Shown here piece by piece: positions 38,056-50,041 of a stretch of 64,000 nucleotides of DNA (position 1 is the first letter of the stretch; each line of letters starts with the position of its first letter). The translations under genes were made by a program, and so were the position numbers. This DNA comes from Podarcis gaigeae (Eukaryota). Location of the stretch: NCBI GenBank assembly GCA_964106915.2, contig OZ066918.1. One strand, written 5' to 3'. Below the pieces are notes generated by a model that did not search any database, was not told the DNA's origin, and saw only the letters and a list, made by a program, of their open reading frames with translations.

Positions 38056-39468
38056 GATTTCGGAAACTATAGGGGGAAAGCATTTGTATAGAAAAAGAAT
38101 AGGGAGTCTTAGTCATCAACGTTCAACTAAAATGTGAAGCAGTAGGAATCCAATATTATCAACTACATTGCCACAAAGTCCCTCTTAATAAGTCCTTTAT
38201 TTTAATTGTGCAACTAAGATTTTGTTAACATATATGGCTATATGTTGTACCTTTCATGATATCTGGGGATGTATTACATGAGATGCAATAAAACTGTCAA
38301 CAGTTGTTACTGCTATCTAGAAAAAGAACCATTTCTCAAGAGTGGTCTTTAATTTATAACAGGTAGACAAAATGGCACACCTCAAATGGTGTAATCCCAA
38401 ACACATTTATTCACTCAGTATCACAAAAGGTTAATGACTCTTGCTCTCCTTTTAAGTATGCTTGGGATTGCAGTCTAAAGCACTGTAGATGAGCACAATT
38501 GACAAAGATGAGACAAGCAGTTTCTGACACTACGTTTTGAAGTGCGGTTCATAGTCTGTCTTTACTTTTGAAAACAAGATGTCCCATATAAAGACGGTGT
38601 CTGTCAAGAGCAAAAAGAAGCCCCACTGTGACCTACGGAGCTTACTCATTACAGCATGCTTAGGATTCCATCCTTAAGTCACCAAAGACTTGTCTTGCCA
38701 TCGTGCGAAGTACATAATGCAACTATCTGGGAGAAATTGAGCAGTTTTCAGCCTGATGGCTGATTGGCTGGGAAACTGTCTGGGAACTCAATGTACAGTA
38801 TGTTGCCTGCAGTTCCATGATGGAAAAAAAAAGTGGACTATAAATGTACTAGACAAATAAGCAAAACATACTACTAGTTTGGCTTCTTGGTGTTCGGTCA
38901 ATAAGTAGAGCACAACAAATATAAGGTGAGAAACCGGTGGCATCACCTACCATGATGTGTGAGTGAATTCAAGCATAGTTTAAGTCAGGGTTCAGTATTA
39001 TGAGAACAAGCCTCTGGCCTGAGTGCTTTCCCACTCCTCTTGCATGGGGACAAGGTGACCACAAGCCTCTACTTCCATTTTAGATTAACTGCAGTTTGGT
39101 GCCCCATGAGAAACAAACTATGATTAATCCCAATGACAGTTGAAACAGCGCAAGTGGAAAGGTTTTCTCATCCATCCATGTAATTGAAATCAATACGCAC
39201 TACAGCATATAAGATCAAGCTTACACATTTCATTTTGGAAATGAAGCTATGTCCCCCAGACTACGTATGGGTAATAGTTCATAAACTTCATGAACTATGG
39301 CTTAAAGTTAATGATGGGTTGTCAATATATGCATGACAACAGCAAGCTATGATAGGGCGTTTGTACTTTTAAAATTTGTGTAAAGAAGAAATTGAGGCAG
39401 CTGCCGTTTCTTTCACCCCTTTGTGACAAACTATCATTGCCAAAATTCCACTTCTTTAAAAGTAAGTA

Positions 39469-39831
39469 CAGTGGTGCCTCGCTAGACGAAATTAATCCGT
39501 TCCGCGATTCTCTTCGTCTAGCGGTTTTTTCGTCTTGCGAAGCAAGCCCATTGACAGCTTAGCGGATTAGTGCTAGAGCTGTCAAGCGGCTTCCAGCGAT
39601 CAGCTGTTAAGCGGCTTATCAGCGGAACAGCTGATAAGCGGCTTAGCGGCTTAGGAAAAGGGCAAAAAAAGCAAAAAAAAAAAAAAACCCGCTGGGGGAC
39701 GCAAGATTTTTTCGTCTTGTGAAGCAACCCCATAGGGAAATTCGTTTTGCGAAGCGCCTCCAAAACAGAAAAACCCTTTCGTCTAGCGGGTTTTTCGTCT
39801 TGCGAGGCGTTCATCTTGCGGGGCACCACTG
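39469..39831. mobile_element. Tc1/mariner (Tigger-like) MITE, 363 bp
   Basis: TA|CAGTGGTGCCTCGC...GCGGGGCACCACTG|TA; CpG-rich, so probably young; homologous to 50944-51238. Confidence 0.92.
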
Positions 39832-39862
39832 TATCCCTGTTCTCAGTCACATATGGTAACTA

Positions 39863-40058
39863 AAACAAAACAAAAAAAATTCTTTCCAGTAGCACATTAA
39901 AGACCAACTAAGTTAGTTCTTGGTATGAGCTTTCGTGTGCATGCACACTTCTTCAGATACCTCATACCAAGAACTAACTTAGTTGGTCTTTAAGGTGCTA
40001 CTGGAAAGAATTTTTGTTTTGTTTTGACTATGGCAGACCAACACGGCTACCTATCTGT
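39863..40058. mobile_element. Penelope-like retroelement remnant (inverted pseudo-LTR) with hammerhead motif
   Basis: 12-bp TSD ATATGGTAACTA (39851-39862, 40059-40070); ~65-bp inverted arms around ctttcgtgtgcatgcacacttcttcagatac; tail cagaccaacacggctacc. Confidence 0.8.
39922..39961 (-). ncRNA. Minimal type I hammerhead ribozyme motif
   Basis: Minus strand GGUAU-CUGAAGA-A-GUGUGCAUGCACAC-GAAA-GC-UC-AUACC: stem I, CUGANGA box, stem II, GAAA box, UC cleavage site. Confidence 0.7.
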
Positions 40059-43019
40059 ATATGGTAACTAGAGAGAGAAAAGCCCACTTTTCGTGTATGC
40101 TTAAAGAACCACGTTATGGCCTGTGTTGCAAGCAATTATTGAAAGCCGATTCTAGGTTTGAAATGATTGGAGGTTACAGTTGTAGAACACTGATCACAAT
40201 ACTCAAGGGTGCAAATATGAGGGATGTGTAAGCACCTTAACTGTGTCTTTATTTTCAACTCAAGACCTTTCAGAACTGAATCACTGGAGTGCTTTTCACA
40301 CTTTTCTGAGTACTTAAAGAGCAATTTAGCTCTTCTGGATTGCAGACATCTTATGTTATTAGTCTACTGATATCAACAGAACCTACTTTCCTTCAGTGCA
40401 CTTAAGACTGGGGCATAAGGGAAACAGCATCAAAAATAATAATTTTACATTGCAAAATGCTGGTAAAGTTGTGTCTGGCCCTAGCATTTTTTGAAAGACC
40501 AGAATGTACACCATTTGAATCATAATCAAAAATATTCATTTAAACTAACCTAGTGACAATAGTTTACAGAACAGAATTCCAAAGAAGCATTGTACCTCCG
40601 TAATTCTGAAGAAAATTATAGAAAAGTGGGTCAATGATGATTCTTCCACAGCTTGAGGCCTTAAATGCAAGATTATTCTGATATTGTTCATTTCTATATC
40701 AGCAAAAAATCAATCTTAAGTGTGCAGCACTAATGCTCTGGAACTCTCTGCTTATTAACATCAGGCAGGCACCTTCACTGTACTAACACCTGATAAAAAC
40801 TTATTTGTTTAGGAAAGTATACTCAATTTGTTTTTAAAAAAATGTATACTAGCTGATGTTATTTTTAAATAACCATTTTAGTTATTCTACTTTATGCAAA
40901 CTGCTTAAAGATGTTTATCTTTTGATTAAGTGGTCTATAAATTATGTTTAATACATAGATTAGAAAACAAGGAAACTGACCTCTAGTATAAATGCCACTT
41001 CTGCCAATAATCCTCCTACAACATTTTGATGAAATTAGTAGTGAAACTGGGTAGGATAAACTGAGCTAAGATGAAGCTGTTTGATGAACAGAAAGCATAC
41101 TTATATATATATATATAAAAACTAGACACTTTTTGGGCTGAAGGGTGAACTGCATGTATCCCACAGATAACAGTGTTTGAGAAGTTCTGCTGTTTTATGA
41201 GCTTCAAACTTTTATAACATTTACAATTATAGGCTTCTCTAAAAAGATTATATCTGAGAAGACAGAAAGTCTAGTCAAATTAGTAGGGTGCTACTATCAA
41301 CATCTTACATTTTTATGATTATGTTTAAATCCTCCTCATGTCTTTGCAAAAAATAAGCAACCTAAAGAATAAAATGTATGTGTTTAGGTGTTAGAAGAAC
41401 ATATGTCGTTAAAAGTTATGTGGGTACCCTGAAAACCCAAGACAAGACTAGAGTGGCAGTAGGTCTTGAAAGATGGGGAAAGTTATAGGGAAGAAACATT
41501 AGTTAAAAGAATTTCAAAACTTGACTTTCAGGACACAATGACATTCACAATGCAGTGTACAAAGTTTCTCAGTGGAAACATAACATATGAAACCATCATA
41601 TTAAAGCCACATTACATTATCTCTTTAAAATAAACAATACCAATTAATTTAAAATACAGAATGAAATAAAAATGGCCAAGTTTTCTCTTTAGAAGTTTCA
41701 ATAATCAGGCCACAAGTATTTTCTGAGCAAGGTAATTCCACAAATATGTGGCCACCATCAAGAATCTGGTCCTTGGTATTAATCATTACTTCTTTTATTG
41801 ACAAGATAGAGAGCAGGGCCTCAGAAGATGGTCTTAAGGCCCAAGTTGGCTGACAACTGCAAGTGGGTTCTGGTTCCAAATCAGATAACCTGGTTCCTAA
41901 TAAGGCCAAAATCAAGAAAATCAGGTTGACTGCTCCGCTGACCACAAAACTAAAAACAGTAATATTCTGCTGCCTAGAAGTTAGAACTGAATGCAAATGG
42001 CCAGAGAATTGACAAAAAGGAAAACTGTAGCAGAAACAGCTGGAAAGGGTATAGTCATAGTGAAGAACAACTAACAGAAACAAACGAGTTACTGCTCAGG
42101 GTTATGACAATGACAAGCTAAGTTCTAATGTAAGGCATTTGGTTTATTCAAGCATGATATAGATGGCACAAATATAGAAAAAGAAAAGCTCAAATGCCAG
42201 ATGTGAGGATACTTTGTCTGCCTGTTAGCTTGTATTCAAAAAACAAAGCAAACTCCAATCTATCCCTTTCAGAGTAAGGTTAAAATCAAGGCAGCACACA
42301 TGGCAGCAATGTTTCTCCATTACTATATGGTTGCAATCCTAGAGATTAGATTAAGATGTACAGACAAGAGCCAAATATTGTTATTAAGGAAACTCTCAAA
42401 CCACACTTGATAATAATTAAAACAGACAACACAAACATATTCTTTGGCTTATAATGTCATTAAAAAGTATTTTAAACAAGTGATACCAGTCTACTGCAAA
42501 TCAGTCTAAAAGGCCTTCAAGTGCTCTATTTTTATTATAGAGATGACTATAGAGCAAGTTGGATAAAAAAATTAAGGAAAACATCATGAGGGTATCATTA
42601 TGTATATTCTGTATTTGATGTTTGGACTTAGAGCCATTTCAAGGATGATCTGCCTTATCTGTGCACATATGCAACCTGAATTGGTATACCCAAATATGGA
42701 AACTAAGGTCCAACGGATATTTAAAGGATCCAGTTTAAGGAACATGGCTGCTAAGACAAGACCTGCTTTAAACAAGTTAGCCATTGACATATTGCAAGGA
42801 CACTTGAACCTCTTTGGCAAACTGCTCCAAAACATACATAGCAAGTCTCAGAATGTGCATATACAACATATGCCTAAAATGAAGTGATGGGCAGCCCAAT
42901 CCTGCATGTTTATTTGGAAGCATTAAGTGGCACCGTAGGGTGATAAGAAAATAGCCGTGCAATCTGGTCCACATGTCTATGTTAAAAAGCCATCAACTGC
43001 TTTCAGTGGAAGCTACCTC

Positions 43020-44330
43020 CATGTCAGCGTGCACAGACAGGCCTGCTGCCATTAAACACGCGAGACCCACGAAGCCCACCCACGTTATTCAAGACTGAGC
43101 CTTGAAAGACACAGCAGGTAGGTATAACGGGCGCGATCGTCTCTCTCAGAGACCGCCTCCAATAAGCGCAAACCGGTTTAAATCCTAAAACGCCGTTTTC
43201 TTTGTCACCGCGGAGCGTCGGGGAAAAGTAAGCGGCCCAAGAAATTCCAGGGCAATTGAGCAGATCCTTTTCTGTGCAAGAGACGCAGCCGCCCCCGCTC
43301 CCAAAGCTAGGCCGAGAAAAGCCTTTAAAGTGACCTCTCCCCCCTCCCCCAGCACAAAATAGAAGGAGAAAGACTGGGGAGAGTTAATGCGCCCGCAAAG
43401 CATCGCCGTTAAGCAGCACGGCTAGGTGCAAAAAGGGAAAGGAGAAGGGGGGGGGGAATATGCGAAGGAACGAAAGCGGCTGATCGCCCCCGGAAAACGC
43501 GAGGAGCAGAGCTGCTGCAGGTCGCCCGCGGGCGCGAGTCTGCGGCCCCGGCCTTGCCTCGGCCAAGCATCCCTCGCCCGGGGCCTTGCAAGGGAACTGA
43601 CTGCAGCGCCGCCGGGGAGCGACTAGGCCAGCCAAGGGGAGGGAGCCCGCCGGGCAGCTGTTCTGGCCGCGGCCCCGAAAGCCTGCAGAGGCCGGGAGCT
43701 GCAGGTACGAGGACGGCCGACCACCTCGGCCTCCCCTCAGGGCAGGGGCTGCGGGGGGGGGGGGCGCTCCTTCGCTTACCAGACTGCGGCGCTTCGTCGC
43801 GGCGGCGGCCCCGGCCCGGCTGTCGCTCTCTCGCTCTCGGGGCCTGAGGCGGGAGGGTGCCAAGCCTGGGCGGGGTGTGTATGTGTGTTAGTGCCGCCTG
43901 GAGCTGCCGCTACCACAACTACGAGCCCTTCCTGGCTGCGCCTTCCCGTCTCTCTCTCTCTCTTCCAGAGAACTGCGCAGCAACCTAGCGGCCCAAAACG
44001 TCACATCCGCCCGTCGGCTGGGTGCAGAGGATGGACGGCGGTGGCAGCGACGAGAGCCGCGCGCGCCTGAAGCCCCCCAAAGCGAGCAGAAAGCCGCTGT
44101 CACGTGCGGGGGGAGAAAGGCTCCTTCGCTGCCGCGGCTCCCTGTCACGTGGTCGCAGGAGCCGTCGCGCTCTGCTGTTCTACCCCCTCCCGCCCCCTCA
44201 AACTGCAAAAGAAGCAAAGGAGTCGACGGCTGTTTTGTTTTTTTAACTGCTATTTGTTTAGGTGGCCTCTGGGCTGGTCACGTGTAGGAGGCTGGAGGCG
44301 CGCGCGCGCACACGCTTTCTCGGGGTCATT
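43020..44330. promoter_or_regulatory. CpG island / FAM168B promoter
   Basis: Dense CpG and high GC; three GTCACGTG E-boxes (44099, 44144, 44277) and a (GC)n tract near 44298. Confidence 0.85.
43780..43980 (-). other. FAM168B: FAM168B non-coding exon 1 (5' end approximate)
   Basis: Donor ctg|gtaagc on the minus strand at 43780/43779 inside the CpG island. Confidence 0.6.
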
Positions 44331-47099
44331 TGCACCTGTAAGGCACATGCTCAATATTGTCTTGGACCATCAGAGCGGGAGTGGGGAAGAGAGGAAGCTG
44401 CTTATCCCGAGGCAGGCTGATGGCCTATGTAGCTCGGTGTTGTCTGCACTGACTGGCAGCGTTTGTCCGCCCTTCCTCGACATGCTCTGGAATTGAGCTT
44501 GGGCAGTTCCCCTTGCAGAACTCGAAAGCTTGCGTGCAATTCTGTGTTATTTTGGTTTGCCTAATAAATGTATAAGGTGTAAAAGACAGAGGACAGGGGG
44601 AAATTTCCGGGGTTACAATCACTTCAGGAGCCTGTCCTGCTCCTCCCTTCCACTACCTGTTTCTCTCATGGAGGCTGTGCAGTTGGAGAAAGAAACAATG
44701 GTGGTTCACAATCAAAATAAAACACTGCAATGCAGTCAGTTAAAACTTAAACTACACAATCCATTAAACACAGTCTGCATTCTTTTGCACTGCATATTTT
44801 GAGACCAGGGAGTTTTTTAAAATGTTGGAGCCGGGTAGCTATCCCAATATTGATTAAGAGCACAAAGATGCTTATGGCAGCCAGCCACCTTCCTGAGAGG
44901 ACATGCTTGCATAACTATTTCTGGTATTGTTTTGGAGCCAAGGTGACTCATTCCTGTACGATAATGATTGCCCATAATACAGTTTAATAGTTAGATGGCG
45001 GATAAGGAGGGCGCCAGAAGGCTAAAATTGTAAACGGGGGAAAGGCTTTTATTGGGTTCCTAAATCACAAAGAGTTTTCTACTCACATTGAAATCAGTGC
45101 AACTAAAAGACCCCTGCAGAACTTCCGTGCTCAGTGTGGGATAGATTGAGCGCTGAGCAGAGAAGCGTTGAGGTGGGGTGTTGGGCACAGGGCTTGCATA
45201 TATCCCACTGTCCACGAATTCAGCATTTGTTAGTTGGGGCAAATGCCCGAACAAATGTGAAAAGGGGATTCTGATGAAGTCAACTCTAATACACAAATGT
45301 TTACATAGTAATATAGCGTAACATAATAATGTTAGTTTTTAAGGTGCCCCCAGACTCTTCATTGGTTTAACACAACTTGCCTTCTGGAAGTTGCTGAAAG
45401 GAAACAAAGGTGTGTGTCTTCAGAAAATGCACTGCAGAACTGTGCATCTTACTCTTCTGTAACAAAAAACCACCTCACACACATGTATGCATTTATAAAT
45501 CTTATCTATTTGTAACTGCCATTCTTAACCAATAAAATATGTTTAGGCATTCTGCATAACAAAGAGAATATGAGAGCATTCAAATCAATAATGTTTTAAT
45601 ATCTTTCATACAAATCATATTAAGGAAGTGAGAAGGAACATACCTTACTTTCTCTGTGGTGGTCCCCTACCTTTCACACATTTGGGTGTGCATGAAAAAA
45701 AGGTCATTTCATTTTATTCATTTTCAGCATTGTTTCATGATTTATTTGGCAATATCATATTTGCTTGCTGCCTTTGGCAGTGGTGGCAGTAATTTAATTT
45801 CATCAGAATTTCCTGGATGTTGCATCTGGGACATGCTGCTGAGAAATGGGAGCTGCCTTTTTTGTAGCAGTCATTGGTCCTGAAGCACAGCCTTATTCAC
45901 AACCCATATTTCCAGCATATTTAACTCCACTGATATCAGTGTACCTAAGCATACTTTACTGTGTGGTGAACTGTCCTTCTTGTACTGGAGATTTAGAGTT
46001 GAATTATTTATTGTGAAGTTATTTCTTAAATTTATGAAAAATAAAGAAAAATTCTCTCTCGTATTTCTTGAAATATTGTTGGGGACATTACTGTGAATAA
46101 AGAATCTTAGGCAAAGTTTATATGTGATATTTAAACTCAAACTTAGGTTTTCATTCTAGGATGTTATGGTATCTCATTGTTCTTGGTTTATGACTTATGC
46201 AAAAGCATGCATATCTGCATGCTATTTCCATAGGCCCTGATCCAGCAAGCCTTGTTCACATGTGCTAGCTTTCCTGGATCTTGGAATAGTTTTAACAGTT
46301 TGTGGTGTGTGTTGCATTTCAGACAAAAACGAAATCCTCTCCCTTGTGTTTCCTTGGATTGTTTTGTTGTTGGACAAAAGCAAAAAATAATTATGTAATT
46401 ACCCTACCCCCCCCTTCAAAACCAGAGCCGAAACATTTTGCTTTAAAAGCACTTTGGCAAGGGAAATTTCCCTCCCATATGTCAGTTCCAACCACAGATT
46501 CAATTACTATTGTTTTCTCCCAAGTGGGCCAATATGAAGTCATGAAAGATTTTATTATTATTTATTATTATTAAATTTGTATACCACCTATACCCGCAGA
46601 TCTCAGGGTGGTTTCCAACAATATTTCAAGAAATTAAAGATTTGAAGTTTGTATTTAAGGTGTCACAATAGTTTTTATAATAGTAGTATTTCATGATTAT
46701 AATAGTACTTCATGAACATTATTTGAATAGAAAAGTGTACAACCCATCTGGAGTGAGAAACACAGTAATATGTTGTATCTATTCAGAGACTACATGTACT
46801 GTACATGCAACTATTGCTATTTTGTGATAGTACTTTAAGATGAGGTTGACACCAAAATTTCAGCATACCCGCTTGCTTGGAAGATATTACGGTAGATATC
46901 CTACTTCTTCCAACAAGCACGACGCTGCCAAGATTGGCACCTCCAACTATGTGCCGAAGGCTGCAATCCTAAATCAGGTGTGCAGGGGAGGTGGGAGAGT
47001 TGTGGCCACGCAGATGTTGAATTCCAACCATCAGTATGGCCAGTAGTGGGAGAAGATGGGAGCTGTAGTCCACCAACTTCCTCCATCCCTAACCCTAAA

Positions 47100-48000
47100 C
47101 ACCAGGGGACAGCCCCCGATTAAAACAAGCGGGCTTTACTTGCGAGCGCATTTCCATAGGATCGGGCCGCCTACCGCGCACAATTCCATATTTCCATATC
47201 GCTTTACACTTCGCCTTATCTAGATATTTGTATATAAATATACATAACTGCAGTTTCGTTTTTTGGCATGCTGGGGAGTGAATGTTCCAGAACTGACCCA
47301 GACGTAATAGGGGTGGAGGAAACCTGCGGGAACGCTGATACAGAATTTTTTTAAATGAAACATTTGCCCTGCCGTCTCCTTCCGCTCTGAGAAACTACAA
47401 CTCCCATCTACCCTTGCGGGCATGAGCAGTAGACATTGAGTGACGCGGTTGATCATAGGACCCGTCTGGCGTCAGACGAGGGCGGGGCGGGGCGCGCGAT
47501 CTTGGATCTCCTTTTAGCAACAAGGAAGAATAAGAAGAAAGCGAGGATTGTTGGGGTTCGCGCGGTCGCTTCCAGGCGTAACAGGTAGGCTGGGCCGGGG
47601 CTCGTTTCCCCCTCTGCCCGGGAAAGAGCGAAGGGCGGCGGCGGCGCGCGGTGTGTGGATCTTGCAATGGGCCGGGGACGGAGGGCGGGCAGCTGGTCCG
47701 GCGGCTACAGCTTGTCTGGGCGAGCAGGGGTCAAATCCAATGAGGTCAGGCCACCGTGTTTTGTAATCCCCAGGACTGTAACAAGTGCACGCAGTCTAGG
47801 TCGCTGTCCTCGTCTTTTATCCTCCTCGGAGAAGCGCTCCGCTTGCTTCTTGAGGTGCTTCTACTTCCTGCTTTCTTCTTGCTTTTTCCATCTTAGCATC
47901 GGAGGAGAAGGGGGCTCAGTCAGGGCGGAGGTCGTCTGAGTGACAGTCAGCGAAGCCCTTTTTGGGGTGGAGTGGCGGGCTCTTAAGATAACGCATAGCT
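47100..48000. promoter_or_regulatory. CpG island / PLEKHB2 promoter
   Basis: CpG-rich; ACTACAACTCCCA (ZNF143/THAP11-type) at 47394-47406, TGACG at 47441, tandem GC boxes at 47480-47494. Confidence 0.85.
47495..47584 (+). other. PLEKHB2: PLEKHB2 non-coding exon 1 (5' end approximate)
   Basis: Donor cag|gtaggc at 47584/47585 just downstream of the GC boxes. Confidence 0.6.
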
Positions 48001-50004
48001 GTCAACTTTTCCCTTTTCTTGCGAGGAATCCTATTCGAAATAAGGGAATTTCCCTTAAAAAAAAGGGAAACGTTAACAGCTATGAGATAACGCCTTTCAA
48101 AGTCGCCCTCCTATCTCACAATTGTGCTTTCAAGCTGCAGTGTGGATTAATTCTGGAATTTACAGCAGAATGTAATTCAGGATCCTTGTCAAATAGACCC
48201 CTGTGTGCGAGGAGCAGAAAATAAGCCGATAAAGTACTTTGTAGTATAATAGCACCCCCCCACCTCATCAAAAAACAACCTGGGAACCATAGTTTATGGG
48301 TGCTGAGAATTGTAGTTCAGTGAGGGGGGTAAACAAAGCTTTCCAGGATTCTCTGGTGGGCAACACATTCACTAAACATACTGGAGGTGGGGTGGGGACA
48401 TTGACAGCTTTCAGGACATGGGAGGCCTGCTAGAAAACAAAAGCATCATCTCTACAGATGGTTTCATCGTCAAACTGCTGCTTTTAATTAAATGGTGATG
48501 ATGTCATTTTTGCTCTGAAAACCGCACTTTGGGATGTCGAGCTCTCTTTTCTAACTTGGGTTGTACCACAGTTAATTGGGCGGCGTGTGAAAGTGCTGCT
48601 GAAATATGGACAGAATATGGCAGGGTGGGAACTGCTTTGGTAGCTTTGTCTCCAGATTAGAGTAACAGTGAAGATGTGATTTATTTATTTGGTGTGGCCT
48701 CATTTCCTCATGACAGCACACCCACCTGACCATTTGGCTGGGGGAAGGGGGAGTGCCCTGCCACGGGAATGCTGCTTGCATCGCTCTGTTGTCAGCGGGA
48801 AGCCGGCTTAGCTGGCAGGGCTCTCTGCTCAGCACGGAGGCAGTTTGGACTGCTCTGCCCCTCCCAGATAAGTGTGTATAGGATTGCAGCTTTGGTCCCT
48901 GGCATCTCCTGGTGAAAACAACCTCTAGTAGCAGGACCCAATCCAACAATCCTGCTGGAGACTCTCAGTAAGAAGGGCCGTAATTCAGTGGTGGAGCCCA
49001 CACCTTATATGAGAAAAATCTCTGGCATCTCCGTGCAGAGGTGGGAAAGACTTTTGGCTGAAACCCCGGAGAACTGCTGCCAGACCCTGTAGACATTACT
49101 GAGCTAGATGGATCCATGGCCTGGCTCTGCCTAGTGGAAATCCATACACTCCTATGGACAAGCTCAAGCCCTCACAAAACAATCTCATAATCACAGTAGT
49201 GGCTTTTTATACCTAGTACAGCGGGCAAAAAAACAACAACCAGTACTATATTTTCAGCTATTTTCATTATTTGTGACAAAATGTGGTATGCAGTACATAA
49301 CGAGAGACAGAGCTTTTCATGTACGTAGTAAACACAGCAGCTGAACTTTCATTCCTAGAACAATTTTAAACAATGTGTTAATGTGGATACAAGTCCCATG
49401 GGATTTACTTCCTGGGAAGATTCTTCTGGACGCCATGGGATGATTTAAGAATTTTTTCTTACTCCTTTATCTGTAAATAAAAGTGCATTTGGTCTCTCAA
49501 TGCAAGTCCCTTTCTTTCTGTAATTGAATCACTTTTTGGTATCTTATCAGCTATGTTGGCCCACAGAGTAGCTTTCCCTCCAATTGAACCTGCAATCCCA
49601 GGCATGCTTCATTAGTATTGTTGAACTCAGTGGGATTTCTTTTGGAGTAAACCTGGATAGGATCAACCTGCAGCTCCAATTAAACAAGACATTACTGTTA
49701 TAAGAGGGGTAGCTAACATGGCACGCTCCAGATGTTTTGACTACAACTCCCATCAACCCTGATCATTGGCCATACTGATAGCAGTCCACGACATATGGAA
49801 AGCACAAAGTTTGCTACCCCTGTACAGTATGTCTGGAGACCCCCACCTCCCATATACTTTAAACACAAGAGACACAGACATACCCTACCCTCTGCCTTGT
49901 AAGGAAGCCTGTCTCTCATTGGAGAAAGAGAGACAGAGAAAGTCCTTCTGTATCATCACACTGGTGCTACACTGATGTCTTTCTTTTCTCCCTAGCATTT
50001 GGAG

Positions 50005-50041
50005 ATGGCACTGGTGAAAAGTGGATGGCTGCTCCGGCAAA
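50005..50041 (+). CDS. PLEKHB2: PLEKHB2 (evectin-2) first coding exon
   Basis: Acceptor cctag|c at 49996; gagATGG; MALVKSGWLLRQ(S) |gtgagt. Confidence 0.93.

Noticed and set aside
43384-44496. Overlapping Arg/Gly/Pro/Ala-rich ORFs in the CpG island
   Set aside because: Expected from stop-codon scarcity in GC-rich DNA; no recognisable domain.
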